Positions 1-10,757 of a stretch of 64,000 nt of DNA are shown here, in pieces. The position numbers were made by a program, and so were the translations under genes. This DNA is from Octopus vulgaris (taxonomy: Eukaryota): assembly GCA_951406725.2 (NCBI GenBank), contig OX597814.1:71548001-71612000 (forward strand). The letters run 5' to 3'. The notes under the pieces were generated by a model. That model searched no databases. It was not told the origin of the DNA and saw nothing but the letters and a program-made list of their open reading frames with translations. Every line of letters starts with the position of its first letter. Position 1 is the first letter of the stretch.

Positions 1-513
1 GATATTTTATTAAATAAATACAACAATTCTGTGTTTATATGTGGATACATATTTTATGGATATGTGCGTGTTTGTGAACAAATTTTATATTGATTTAAAC
101 TATCAAGTCACTACTTACCACTGCACTTGTTGATGACAAATGTCTTTGGACGTTGTCCAGCTTGTCAAGCTGTAATTGGGTAACTGTCTTTTCTGAAATT
201 ATGAATAAAAAAAAATGTATATCCTGTATATGTAAGCATATATATATATGTATACGTGTGTGTGTGTGTGTGTGAATACATTTCAGGTTATAAAGTAAAG
301 AAAGAATATTTCAACATGTAGAATAGTAAGCATATATAATGAATTTAAATGTATATATTTGACATTAGTAAATGAATCTGTGTGTCACTATGAGTAAATG
401 TACACACATATCCACACACTATATATATATTAATTACTATATACACTGTATAGGTTGTGTGTGTGTGTTACTGCCTGTTTGTTAGTGTATGCTTATATAT
501 ATATATATATATA

Positions 514-676
514 GGTGCAGGAGTGGCTGTGTGGTAAGTAGCTTGCTAACCAACCACATGGTTCCGGGTTCAGTCCCACTGCGTGGCATCTTGGGCAAGT
601 GTCTTCTGCTATAGCCCCGGGCCGACCAATGCCTTGTGAGTGGATTTGGTAGACGGAAACTGAAAGAAGCCTGTCG

Positions 677-741
<65 letters not shown>

Positions 742-945
742 TTCTGTGTCTGTCCCCCTAGCATTGCTTGACAACCGATGCTGGTGTGTTTACGTCCCCG
801 TCACTTAGCGGTTCGGCAAAAGAGACCGATAGAATAAGTACTGGGCTTACAAAGAATAAGTCCTGGGGTCGATGTGCTCGACTAAAGGCGGTGCTCCAGC
901 ATGGCCGCAGTCAAATGACTGAAACAAGTAAAAAGAAAAAAAAAA
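514..945 (+). mobile_element. tRNA-derived SINE, full length, with internal (TA)n/(TG)n tract
   Basis: Pol III A-box-like TGGCTGTGTGG (~523-533) and B-box-like GGTTCAGTCCC (~567-577); CTTGGGCAAG core-like segment; internal microsatellite ~676-745; 3' tail GGCGGTGCTCCAGCATGGCCGCAG...GACTGAAACAAGTAAAAAG. Homologous copies at 8975, 19272, 19911 and 48606. Confidence 0.9.
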
Positions 946-1022
946 GAGATATAGGTAAAAAATTAAGGAGTTCATGTGCTACATTAATATTTCCAGATTC
1001 AATAAAAAGAAGACAGCAAACA

Positions 1023-1069
<47 letters not shown>

Positions 1070-1582
1070 CAAAACAACGTATAGTAAATAAACAAATGAG
1101 CAAATACTAAATACCCAGGTGAACAGAAAATACAGAAGGTCACCAACTCCTCATTAGTTATCAGCCAGAGGGTCAAAACTAATTTCAGCCATTATCGATG
1201 ATACTGCTTCCAAAAGACAACAAATGGTAAATTTGACATACCTATCTATTAATGATAATGAGCTTGTTTGTAAGTTTGTCTAAAATCACGCAATTAGGGA
1301 GAAGCAGAGTTCAGTAAGAGTTAAAAAAGAGATGAGTCAAAATGGTAATAACAATGAGGGAGTGGTATCAAACAGCGCTTCTTGCTCTCTCTCTCTCTCA
1401 ACATCTCTCTCTCTTTCTCTCTTATCGGTTGTGTTATTCTTTGCTCCGCAGCGAAAGATTGTTTTTGTGCTGAAAATTGTGAACATTTGTTGTTTTGGTC
1501 ATCGAGACCACTTCTTTTCTGCTGTTGCAGCAGAGTTTTGCTGTTCTTTTCCCCTTCTTTCAAGGGGGAAGCAGCGAAAAAC

Positions 1583-3014
1583 ATGAATTTGGCACCAATT
1601 TCTTCCAAGTCGGAGGAAAACGTTGAGGAAGGTGAAAGTAAAGAGGCGTCTCATGCAAACATTACAAAAGCAGACAACAAGATATCTAGCGAGGCTACTA
1701 CACAACAGGAAAAGGCAAGAATAAATTTTGCGAGTGCAGCAACTCGCCCCTGTAAAAACATCGTTATAAACAAAGAAGAATAAAAGAAATACCAAGGTTT
1801 ACTAAGAAAGGTGATAATGTGAAGTTGCTCCCTCCCAGTGAATTAATTTACGTGACGGAGAGAAAAACTGTCATATACAAGACATATAATGTCAAAAATA
1901 AAAAAAATCGATTTTGTACTGAGGGAAGCAATCGAAAAATGTTTGAGACTGATATGGCAACAAACAAGTTATATAACGAGGGGTAGTTGCTTCGGCACTG
2001 TAGAGGTGCGTTTCCCTAGCGAAGAAAAAGCTAGGGAACATTCAACAAGGACATTGAAGTCGGAAGATGTAGTTCTCCTCCCGACTTATCTAGGAAAGAG
2101 AACTTCGAAAATAAAAGTCACAGATATTCCACCCGAAATAGATGTGGCCTTTGTCATAGCCGCTATTCTCTTAGGCAAAGAAGAAGAAATTCCAATTCTT
2201 CAGTCTAAGAGATACCGCCACATGAACTGGTTTGGACAAGATTTAGAGCTTGTGATCCAAGCAAACCCCTCAGACTTGCCCAGTTCCCTCACAACTGGAG
2301 AAAATACCAGCATGATGGTGGTAGTCGAGGGGAGAAAACCCAGGTGTTACAAATGTGGCGAGAAAGGCCACATAAGGTCGAGCTGTAAGAAGAAGACAGC
2401 CAAAGAAAATACTGCAGAAGAGGCAAGCATGACGCCGAAGACAACAACCAAACCGCTAGAAATAGCAGCCACGTCACGCACCCCAATTGCCGAAGCTCAG
2501 CCGACAGCGGGAGAAAACAACAACAACATCCAGGAGTGAGTCACCATAGAACCCTCAAAAAGAAGACGGAAACGGAAAAACCCACCCTCTTCGGATACAC
2601 AGGACTATGCTCCGAGACAGACAAGCACACCCACACCCACAAATACAGTCGCAAACACACACGTAGCCAAAAAAACACACACACTGGAAAAAGCACACAC
2701 ACACCTACAAACACCCACGCTTCTACAAGCACACACACACCCCTCCACAATCGCCTAACATAAAAAAGAGAAACACCTTCATGGCGATAAACAAAAATAA
2801 TAAACTATTAAGAGACAAAATTATTTTAATGAAATCGGCGAAAAAATATATCGCAACAGAAGTAAATAATACTATTTCTGAAAATGTCGAATTTTATACT
2901 ATAGATAACTCTGACTATTTTGAACTAAAAAAATCTTTTGCGGAGGACGTTGGCCCATTACAGATGAACTTTTCGAGCCATCTGTACAGGCAAATCACGA
3001 AAAAAATTACCTAG
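1583..3014 (+). pseudogene. Tx1 ORF1 (gag-like nucleic-acid-binding protein), fragmented by stops and frameshifts
   Basis: Fragments at 1583-1783, 1889-2539 and 2536-3014; zinc knuckle CYKCGEKGHIRSSC (CX2CX4HX4C) at 2345-2386; lies upstream of the EN-RT ORF. Confidence 0.8.
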
Positions 3015-3089
3015 CAAAACACAACATTCACAGACAGAAAAGAGGAGGGTGAAACTACACCTTCTCTTCCGTTAAAACAGTAAGTTTTA

Positions 3090-6000
3090 AACATTCGACT
3101 AATTTTTCACATTCTCGTTTAAACTCGGTTGTATAAATATTCGCGGCCTGGGGTCATATTGGAAGCAAGGCTACCTCCTTAACGACCTTAGGTCGCATCG
3201 TTTGGATGTAGTTGTAATCACCGAATCCAGACTGATTGGGCTGCAGGCTTTTTCGCCCCTTCTAAACGGCTACAAGAAATACATTTCTCCCTGTCAACCT
3301 GGAGGGGGTGGAGGAGTGGCAGTACTGGTCAGAAAAAATCTGGATTTAGAGATTAGAACTGTCTTTATAGATCTGGAAGGCAGGTTGGTCGTTTTGGATG
3401 TGATGCACAGCAGTGGTAAAGTGTTCAGGCTGGTCGCTGTCTATGCTCCCTGCGAAGGAAAAGCTGGGCAGAAAGATTACTTCAAAAGCCTAGAGAATTT
3501 TCTTGACACGTCGAACACGTTAGTATTGCTAGGTGACTTCAACATAATTTGCGATGCAAGCGTAGATTATGTTGGCTCGAGAAAGAATAGGAGGGGATTA
3601 CCTCACCTCAACAATCTGCTAAGTCGTTTCTAGTTGGCAGATCAATTCAGACTGGACCACCCAGACACTCCAGCGTGGACCTGGGCAAGAAACGACGGGT
3701 CGTCCAGATCTTACATACATAGAATCATAACTAGAAGGAAAGATAAGAAAATACTTAGCTGTCCACAACACCATATCGTCAGCTACAGCGATCACAAATT
3801 AGTGACCTGTACACTCAACATAGATAGCATGTGTAGACGAGGTACCGGTTACTGGAAGCTAAACAAGTCACTATTGGACTGTGAAGCCAACAGGAATCAG
3901 ATTAAACAATTAGTAATGAGGGCGTTAACCAGATCCATTATCAACAACAAATGGTGGTACGCCCTGAAAAGAGCCATCAAATTCGAGTCAATTAGGTTTA
4001 GCAAAGAATTAGCTAGTGCTAGAAACAAAGTAGAAAAGGAACTAGTTAAGGCAATAGATAAGGCAATGAGGTCAGGCAGTGCATTGAAAGTGTTAGCGGC
4101 GAGGTTGGCACTCGACCAACATCTCAAAGCTAAACATGAAGGGTGCATTGTCAGGGCTAAGATCCGTGCAATGAGACAGGAAGGGATCAACGAAGCCCGG
4201 GTGGTAGAGGGCCAGCAAGGCAACAACTCAACCATTCGATCTTTGACAGGCCCAAATGGTCGATTAGTAAACGAACCCGAGGAGATGTGCAAGGTGTTTC
4301 ACGATCATTTCGCCCAGCTATTCGGGAGGAGCAGCAGACTGGAGCGCAGGGAGAAGCTTGCAGACTTCCTAGCCAGTTCGCCGCGTCTATCGAGGCCGGA
4401 CGCGGAATCTTGTGAGGCGCCGATCACAGCCAAAGAAGTCGAGGATGTGTTGGCAGTCAGCGGCGGGGACAAATTGCTGGGACTCGATGGTTTGCCTTAC
4501 AAACTCTATAGTAGCATACCAGACTTGTTTGGGCACTTACTTGCATGCGTGTACACCAACTGGCAGCAGAACGGGAGAATTCCTAAGTCTGTGAGCTGAG
4601 GGGTGGTAGTGCTGTTAAGAAAGGACCCAAACAAGGGGGATTTAATTGATAATTTTCGGCCCATCACTCTGCTTAACGCAGAGTTGAAGATTTTGGCCAA
4701 GGTCTTAGCAAAAAGGTTGGCGCAGGTCGTGGGTAAACTTGCTGGCGAGGCGCAAACTTGCGCCATCCCTGGAAGGACCATCCACTACAATCTCCACTTT
4801 CTACACTATGCCTTAGAAAGGGTAAATAGGATTCCTGGCAAGGGTGGGGCTATGGTCCACTTGGACCAATCGAAAGCGTTTGATAGGGTGGACCATAAGT
4901 ATCTGGCGGCAGTCCTCACGGCAGCTGGCTTCGGCCCGACCATCCATGGATGGATCAACGCTTTATACAGCCACATCGAATCGGTAGTTTGGGTGAATGG
5001 TTTCTTTTTGGAGCTGTTCCGCATTGAACGTTCGGTACTTCAAGGGTGTCCTCCCTCCCTGCTTCTCTACGTTTTGGCCCTCGAGCTGTTGCTGAGGAGG
5101 TTGGAAACTATGAGGGCCACTCCGCAAGATCTAGGGTGCGGACGGCGTATGCGGACGACATCACCATCATCATATCCTGAGTCGAGCACCTACAGTGGGT
5201 GGGTGAGGCCTCAAGGGACTACGAAGCGGTGGCAGGAGCGAAAGTCAACCGGGATAAATCAGTCGGCTTGCAACTCGGCACCTGGAGGGGCAAGTCGATG
5301 TCTTCTGACAGCGTCGTAGGACGTTGGACGGAAGGGCTGCTGAAAATGCTTGGAATCTGGTTAGGTCCAGATCTCTAGATAGAGAAGAATTGGAGCGAGG
5401 TGGCGAGAAAGGTGGCTCTCCTATCTCAGGCCTGGTCTGAGCGGAAGCTGTCCTTGAAAGGGAGGGCAGTGGTTGCAGAGGTGTTTATCGCCTCTGTAAT
5501 CACTTACCGCCTGACCGTCATGCCTTGCCCCAATTCGTGGCTGAACAAACTGGAACGCATGTTTTTTCGCTTTTTGTGGAGGGGCAGCAGACCTCTTGTA
5601 AGGCGATCTATTTGCTGCCAAAAGCCACTGAAGGGTGGGTTAGGGATGCTGTGGCTAAAAATGCGCAGACATGTGCTCAGGTGTGGTCTCCGTTCGTCAA
5701 GCTGTTATTTCCACAGTTCACATCATTTGCCAAACTGAACCCATGGATCAAGTGTAGACCGAGGTTGGGCATGTGGCATGTAGAGTGCTATCAGGCACTC
5801 GTGCTTCTCTCCCAGCCGAGCAACGCCTTTGACGGGGGTACTACCTCGTTCTTCTATAGAGGGTTAGTAGAGTTTAAGTGTGATGACATCCTGGGAAAAA
5901 CCCTGGGCTTCGACGAAAATCAACTGGCCAGCCTGTTCCAAAGAACATTCGGTCCAGGGCCTTTGGATAATTACCAAAAGTCCCTGGCCTGGCAATGTTA

Positions 6001-6396
6001 CAGAGGAGCTTTACTGGTTGTGCACCTTCGCCGGTTTGTGCAAGATGTGAGAGGGACAGTGAAACTGTCCTGCACGCGATTGTGCAATGCCCCAAGGTGA
6101 CTGAACTCTGGGCTTATGTCGAACACCTGCTGTCACATTCGAGAAGAGTACAACTGTCGAGCGAATATGTAATTAAGATAGTTCCGCCAACCTCCCTGAA
6201 TAGGGAGGAGCGAGCCTGTTTCCTCTCGGTAGTTGCTATGGCGAAAGAAGTAGTATGGAAGACGAGAGTGAAAGGAATTGCAACAGGCATGTTAATCTCC
6301 AGTCTCGAGCTAATCAACTTTTTCATTTTCCACATGAAATGGAAAACAAGAAATGCCTGTCGCAAAGTGTGTTTCGTAAAAGATGGAAGTATATAG
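3090..6396 (+). pseudogene. Tx1 ORF2 (APE endonuclease + reverse transcriptase + C-terminal zinc finger), disrupted
   Basis: EN motifs CINIRGL, VVVITES, GGGVAVL, LLGDFN, SDHKLV, GYWKLN; RT motifs NFRPITLLNAELKILAKVLAKRL, LDQSKAFDRVDH, QGCPPS, AYADD (frameshifted near 5140); C-terminal CARCERDSETVLHAIVQC. In-frame stops at ~3631 and ~4597 plus several frameshifts. Confidence 0.92.
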
Positions 6397-7176
6397 CAAG
6401 TATGTTGCGAGTGAAAGAACCTGTTTAATCGAGAATGTAAAAAAGGAGAAAGCAAAGTCTTCAGTGTGAGTATGTAGTTTGTGGGGTCAACCACGTCCTC
6501 CGCTTCATTTTCTGTTATTCACTCATTCTCATTTAATTGTATATATTTTAATTGTTTGTTTATTCATTTGTTTCGTCTCATTCGATACCCTGACCCCAAC
6601 GTTTGTTTTGTCCCCTCTTTTTCTCAACCTTATGGTGAATAAAGAAATTCTCTCTCTCTCTCTCAACAAAAACCTTTCTGCTTCATTGATGAACGCTGCC
6701 TCTCTCTTTCTCTCTCTCTCTATCTATCTATACATACACACACTCACAACAACAATTTCATTTGAATATAAGATAAATAAATAAGTAGTAATTTTTAAGT
6801 CATAGGATTAAAATATTGTCTACTGAAAGAAAGCTTGATAATATTGACTGTTTAATGAAAGCTAAATATAAAAGGAAGGTAATTATAGATATTTACAAAT
6901 ACTTGCTGATACCGTGATATTTGTAAATATTTATGAATGAAGAATTTTGCTAAGGCGGTGAAGCTTGTCTTCAAGATCTTTGTCTGTTTCAGGCAGTAAA
7001 GAGAGAGAGAGAGAGAGAGAGAAACAAACAGACAGAGATAGAGAATATGTAGATGTTGCTGGAAAAAAAATCTCTGTGTGCATTCCATTAATGTAACCCT
7101 GTGTAATTTTGGGCTTTGCATGGTTACGTATCGAAATATAAACAAACTAATGTACACACACACTGCTATAGAGAAT

Positions 7177-7717
7177 GGGGGCTAATGCAGAATCGCACCT
7201 TTCCTTGAAACATGCATTTTTTCTGGAAATATTTTTTCCGGATTCCTATGTTTTAGATGTCGGAGATTATGAATATGCAAAAAACATTTTTTTAAATTTC
7301 CCCCAATTCTAAATTTTGAACTTTTTCAGCCATTTATTTATTTGTAAATTTATCCATTAATCCCTATCCGTTTATTCATAAAATATATATTTGTCAACTA
7401 AATGTGGCAGTCCTATAAAAGACAGGGTTACTGTTGTTTTTAGCCCAAGGAAGACATTCATATCTGTCTATCTCTTTATACACATATATCTATATGCTTA
7501 TTAAATTTAAAATTTTGAAAATGTGGTTTCTTGCATATTCATAATCTCCATCATCTAAAAAGCATAGGAAAAAAATTTCAAAAAAGTTCGAAATTTTAAA
7601 TTGGTGGTGGGGTGAAATAAAATTTGTAACCTCCGACATCTAAAACGTAGGAATGCAGAAAAAGTTTTTCAAAAATAGACATTTTTCTAGGAGAGGTGCT
7701 ATTCTACATTAGCCCCG
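7177..7717. mobile_element. MITE (non-autonomous DNA transposon) with 24-bp TIRs and candidate 6-bp TSD
   Basis: TIRs GGGGGCTAATGCAGAATCGCACCT (7177-7200) and AGGTGCTATTCTACATTAGCCCCG (7694-7717), 21/24 complementary; GAGAAT immediately outside both ends (7171-7176, 7718-7723); internal inverted repeats at 7245-7280, 7531-7568 and 7631-7651. Confidence 0.75.
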
Positions 7718-8532
7718 GAGAATAAATCAGACAGAACGTGATGGTTAGCCAGAGAGAGACAAAGGCGAAGAACAGCCAGTCTCACTCAGGAAGAACTGGA
7801 TTCAAGAAGATTAAACAATACATTAAGGTTATCAAATAAATCACAAAAAGTGAGACAAGCACAAGAAGACAGGCTCAAAGACGTCGAAATAAAAAGGAGC
7901 ACCTAACTGCACAAAGGAGGGATATCCAAAGAGAGAGAGAGAGAGAGAGAGCAGCACAAAAGTGCCAAGATGAAACAGAAGAGCAAACAGCAGTGAGGAG
8001 AGAATATCTAAGAACAAGAGCATCGCAAAGGTGACAAGATGAAATGGAAGAGGAAGCAGCACAAAGGAGAGAAATCGAAAGAGAACATCAAAGAGAAGAA
8101 AAGAAGAATAATGGTTAATAATGAAACAGGTTATCCAAAACAAAGCGAACTCATTGTTGGTAGGGTTTTCACGAGAAACATGGTGTTGAAGCAATTACTG
8201 AGATAAAGGTTGACATGTTTTTATTTTAATTTTATTTTCCATATCATTTTCATGCCATCATTTCTGAGGGTACCAGTACACTAGTAGATATACAATTTTA
8301 AAAAATATGAGAATATTATTTATGTAATGCACGCACTCCTTAATTTTTTACCCATCAGTAGAAATATGCTTCTTTAATTTTGATTGGTATGTTTTTTGAT
8401 CAAGTTTGTTTTGGTCAAAACTTTGAGAATTTTCAAATATATCTATAAGCTAATTTCACAAAAGAGAAATTAATTAAGGACATATCAATTGCAAATGACG
8501 TGAACAAAGCTGAGGGATTTTGATCTTAGTAA

Positions 8533-8890
8533 GTGGTTGCAGGAGATGCAGCCCAAAGTCATAAAGTCAAGCTGAAGAGTCAATGGAAACAGGCCTCTAT
8601 GAACCAGAACAAGATGGAAATTTTGAGGCTAAACACCTGTTACCAGGAACCAATTCAAATTGGTATTGAACCCTTTCCAGAAACTGAAAAGCTTGAGTAT
8701 ATAGACAGTAACATTTCAAAGAGAGCTGGAACAGAATTGGATGTGAGATCCAGGACTGCCAGAGCCTTCAGTACGCTTTCAATAGTATTTGACCAGTCTG
8801 GAACTCCAAGCCCACCCTATTCATAACAGAACTCTGCATCTTCAATGCTAACATCAAGGCCATCTTTGCTTATGGCTCAGAAATTTGGAA
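8533..8890 (+). pseudogene. RTE-clade LINE fragment (post-RT domain), highly decayed
   Basis: Translation KMEILRLNT..EPIQIG.EP..ETEKLEYIDSNISKRAGTELDVRSRTARAFSTL and, after a frameshift, CIFNANIKAIFAYGSEIWK match the RTE RT-thumb pattern (F.YLGS.I...GG...DV..RI.KA..AF; LLYG.ETW). Confidence 0.65.
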
Positions 8891-8974
8891 ATAATGCTTT
8901 AGGGTTATTTGTGTGTGTGTCCGCTACTCCACTGGATAGTGGATATATAGCAGTGGCGTGCGGTGACTTCCGGG

Positions 8975-9071
8975 GCTGGGCTTACAAAAGAATAAGTCCG
9001 GAGGTCGAGTTGCTCGATTAAAGGCGGTGCTCCAGCATGGCCGCAGTTGAATGACTGAAACAAGTAAAAGA
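8975..9071 (+). mobile_element. SINE 3' fragment inside the hAT element
   Basis: CTGGGCTTACAAAAGAATAAGTCC...GGCGGTGCTCCAGCATGGCCGCAG..GACTGAAACAAGTAAAAG, near-identical to 840-935. Confidence 0.85.
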
Positions 9072-9440
9072 GATTGAAAAATTATCAAGTTTGTTTTCAA
9101 GTACAGTTCTAGTTTTATCTATTTGATCTTTACAATACACTATGTCATGACTTTTACTCTGGAGGATGTTAAATAAGAAAAAAATCTCACTGAATACTTC
9201 TAACAAAAATAAGAAATCAGGAGCTTTTAAAGTGTGAAAGAATCCAATTGCTGAATTTATGGTGGTATCATCCCATGCTTCAGGATTTTCAATGATGTGC
9301 TCAAAAAGGCTGATTATGAAATTATAATTTTTCTTTATGGTAATAATAAGCCGTGAGGAGTAATTCCATTGCTGTTGACTTCGGAAATCGTTTTTTTAAC
9401 AATGTTATCTAATGCATTAGCCCTTTTCGGTGTTGGTCTC
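9072..9440 (-). pseudogene. hAT (ZMYM1-like/Tip100-type) transposase remnant
   Basis: Frameshifted translation KRANALDNIVKKRFPKV.. and EHIIENPEAWDDTTINSAIGFFHTLKAPDFLFLLEVFSEIFFLFNILQSKSHDIVYCKDQI resembles the ZMYM1-like hAT transposase core (recognised, not searched). Confidence 0.6.
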
Positions 9441-10757
9441 CCACCATTTATAATTAATTATTTTCCCTCGAATTCTCCTTTCGAAAAACTATTTCTCAAA
9501 ATATCGTTTATAACACACATTTCACTTATTTCGTAAAAGGCTGTTGCGCCTGCGTAAATTGTAAGTCAATTTCAACAAAACAGAAAGATACAGAAAGTGG
9601 GTATCATGCGGTCAGCTCATAGCATGACATGCCACTGAGAGAGAGAGGAAGGGGGTACAAAATATTATGAAGGACCTTTCCTCCTAGCATCTGTTTTATC
9701 AATTCACTAAGAGAGAGAGAGGAAGGAGGGACAAACTAAGAGACAGAGAGGGAGGTCATGCGGGTCTCCCCACAGCATGATGAGCCACTAAGAGAAAGAG
9801 GAAGGGGGTATAAATATTTCAAATGCCCTATCCTCTTAGCATGTCTTTTAAACAGTCACTAAGAGAGAGAGAGAGAGGAAGGAAGGACAAACTGAGACAG
9901 AAAGGGAGTGTCTGACATGCTGGTTTTGTCAATGCATGACTTCTAAAAGCAGAAGTAGAGTCACTGAGAGGGAAGGGGAGACAAAATACAACTGGACGGA
10001 TTTTTCTTTGAAACAAAGTAACTATTTTATCTAATTTTCCGATCATATGGATAAAAAAATCACAGGGCATGCAACGCATACCTTGCATACCTGAGAGTGC
10101 ACGCCCCTGATATATAGTACAAGATTAACCTTGTGATTTACAAATCTCACACAACAACAACAATAAAATAACAAATTACTGTCCAGTATATTACTGATAC
10201 CTTTATTATTATGTTTTGCTTTTTCTGTTTTACCAAGGAGACTACTGACTCAACCAATCAGCACACACATACAACCACATAAATACAGTGTGAGAGAATG
10301 AAGTGGGAGAGAGAAAGAGCTCTGATAAATTGTATAAACCAAGACCTTCTCATATTTAGACATCTTTTAAATCATAACAAAGTAAGCGTTGATTTTGTTT
10401 AAAAGAAGAACTTACAAAGAAAGCAGTAAGCTACAAATAGTTTAACTGTGTAACAATAAGGAATTCATAAGAACACTGGTGGCAAACTCAGCTGAAAATA
10501 TTATTATTGACAGCCAACATCAATAGTTTAGAGAGAATTATATTAAAATAATTTTATTACACATGACAACCAAAGTCAAAACAAGTCAGTGGCAAAAATT
10601 AAATTAAGATTCAGCATATAAGAAATGAACATTTCATAAATGAGTTGAGGAAGCAAAAACATTAAGGTTATTTTGGGGATAAAATAGTGCTTTTTTAAAA
10701 AATATAGACAAATTGTAAATACACAAAATAAGTAATGAAATTACAATGAGAAAGAAA

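Larger units (their letters stand above)
1385..6668 (+). mobile_element. Full-length but decayed Tx1/L1-clade non-LTR retrotransposon, including a 19-bp target-site duplication in a (TC)n tract
   Basis: ORF1 with CCHC knuckle, then ORF2 with APE endonuclease, RT and C-terminal Cys/His motif. 3' end AATAAAGAAATT runs directly into (TC)n. The identical 19-mer CTCTCTCTCTCTCTCAACA occurs at 1385-1403 and 6650-6668. Confidence 0.9.
8951..10109 (-). mobile_element. Internally deleted hAT DNA transposon with 8-bp TSD
   Basis: TIRs CAGTGGCGTGC (8951-8961) and GCACGCCCCTG (10099-10109); exact 8-bp TSD ATATATAG at 8943-8950 and 10110-10117; transposase remnant on the minus strand; two-copy ~155-bp degenerate direct repeat at ~9600-9915. 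Confidence 0.85.

Noticed and set aside
514-590. tRNA gene
   Set aside because: A and B boxes are present, but the sequence continues into SINE core and tail and I could not fold a complete cloverleaf. It is a SINE head.
7740-8200. 117-aa hydrophobic ORF (7841-8194, minus) suggesting a membrane protein
   Set aside because: Translation of a GA-rich low-complexity tract. The same applies to similar F/L/S-rich ORFs at 35147-35530 and 57917-58354.
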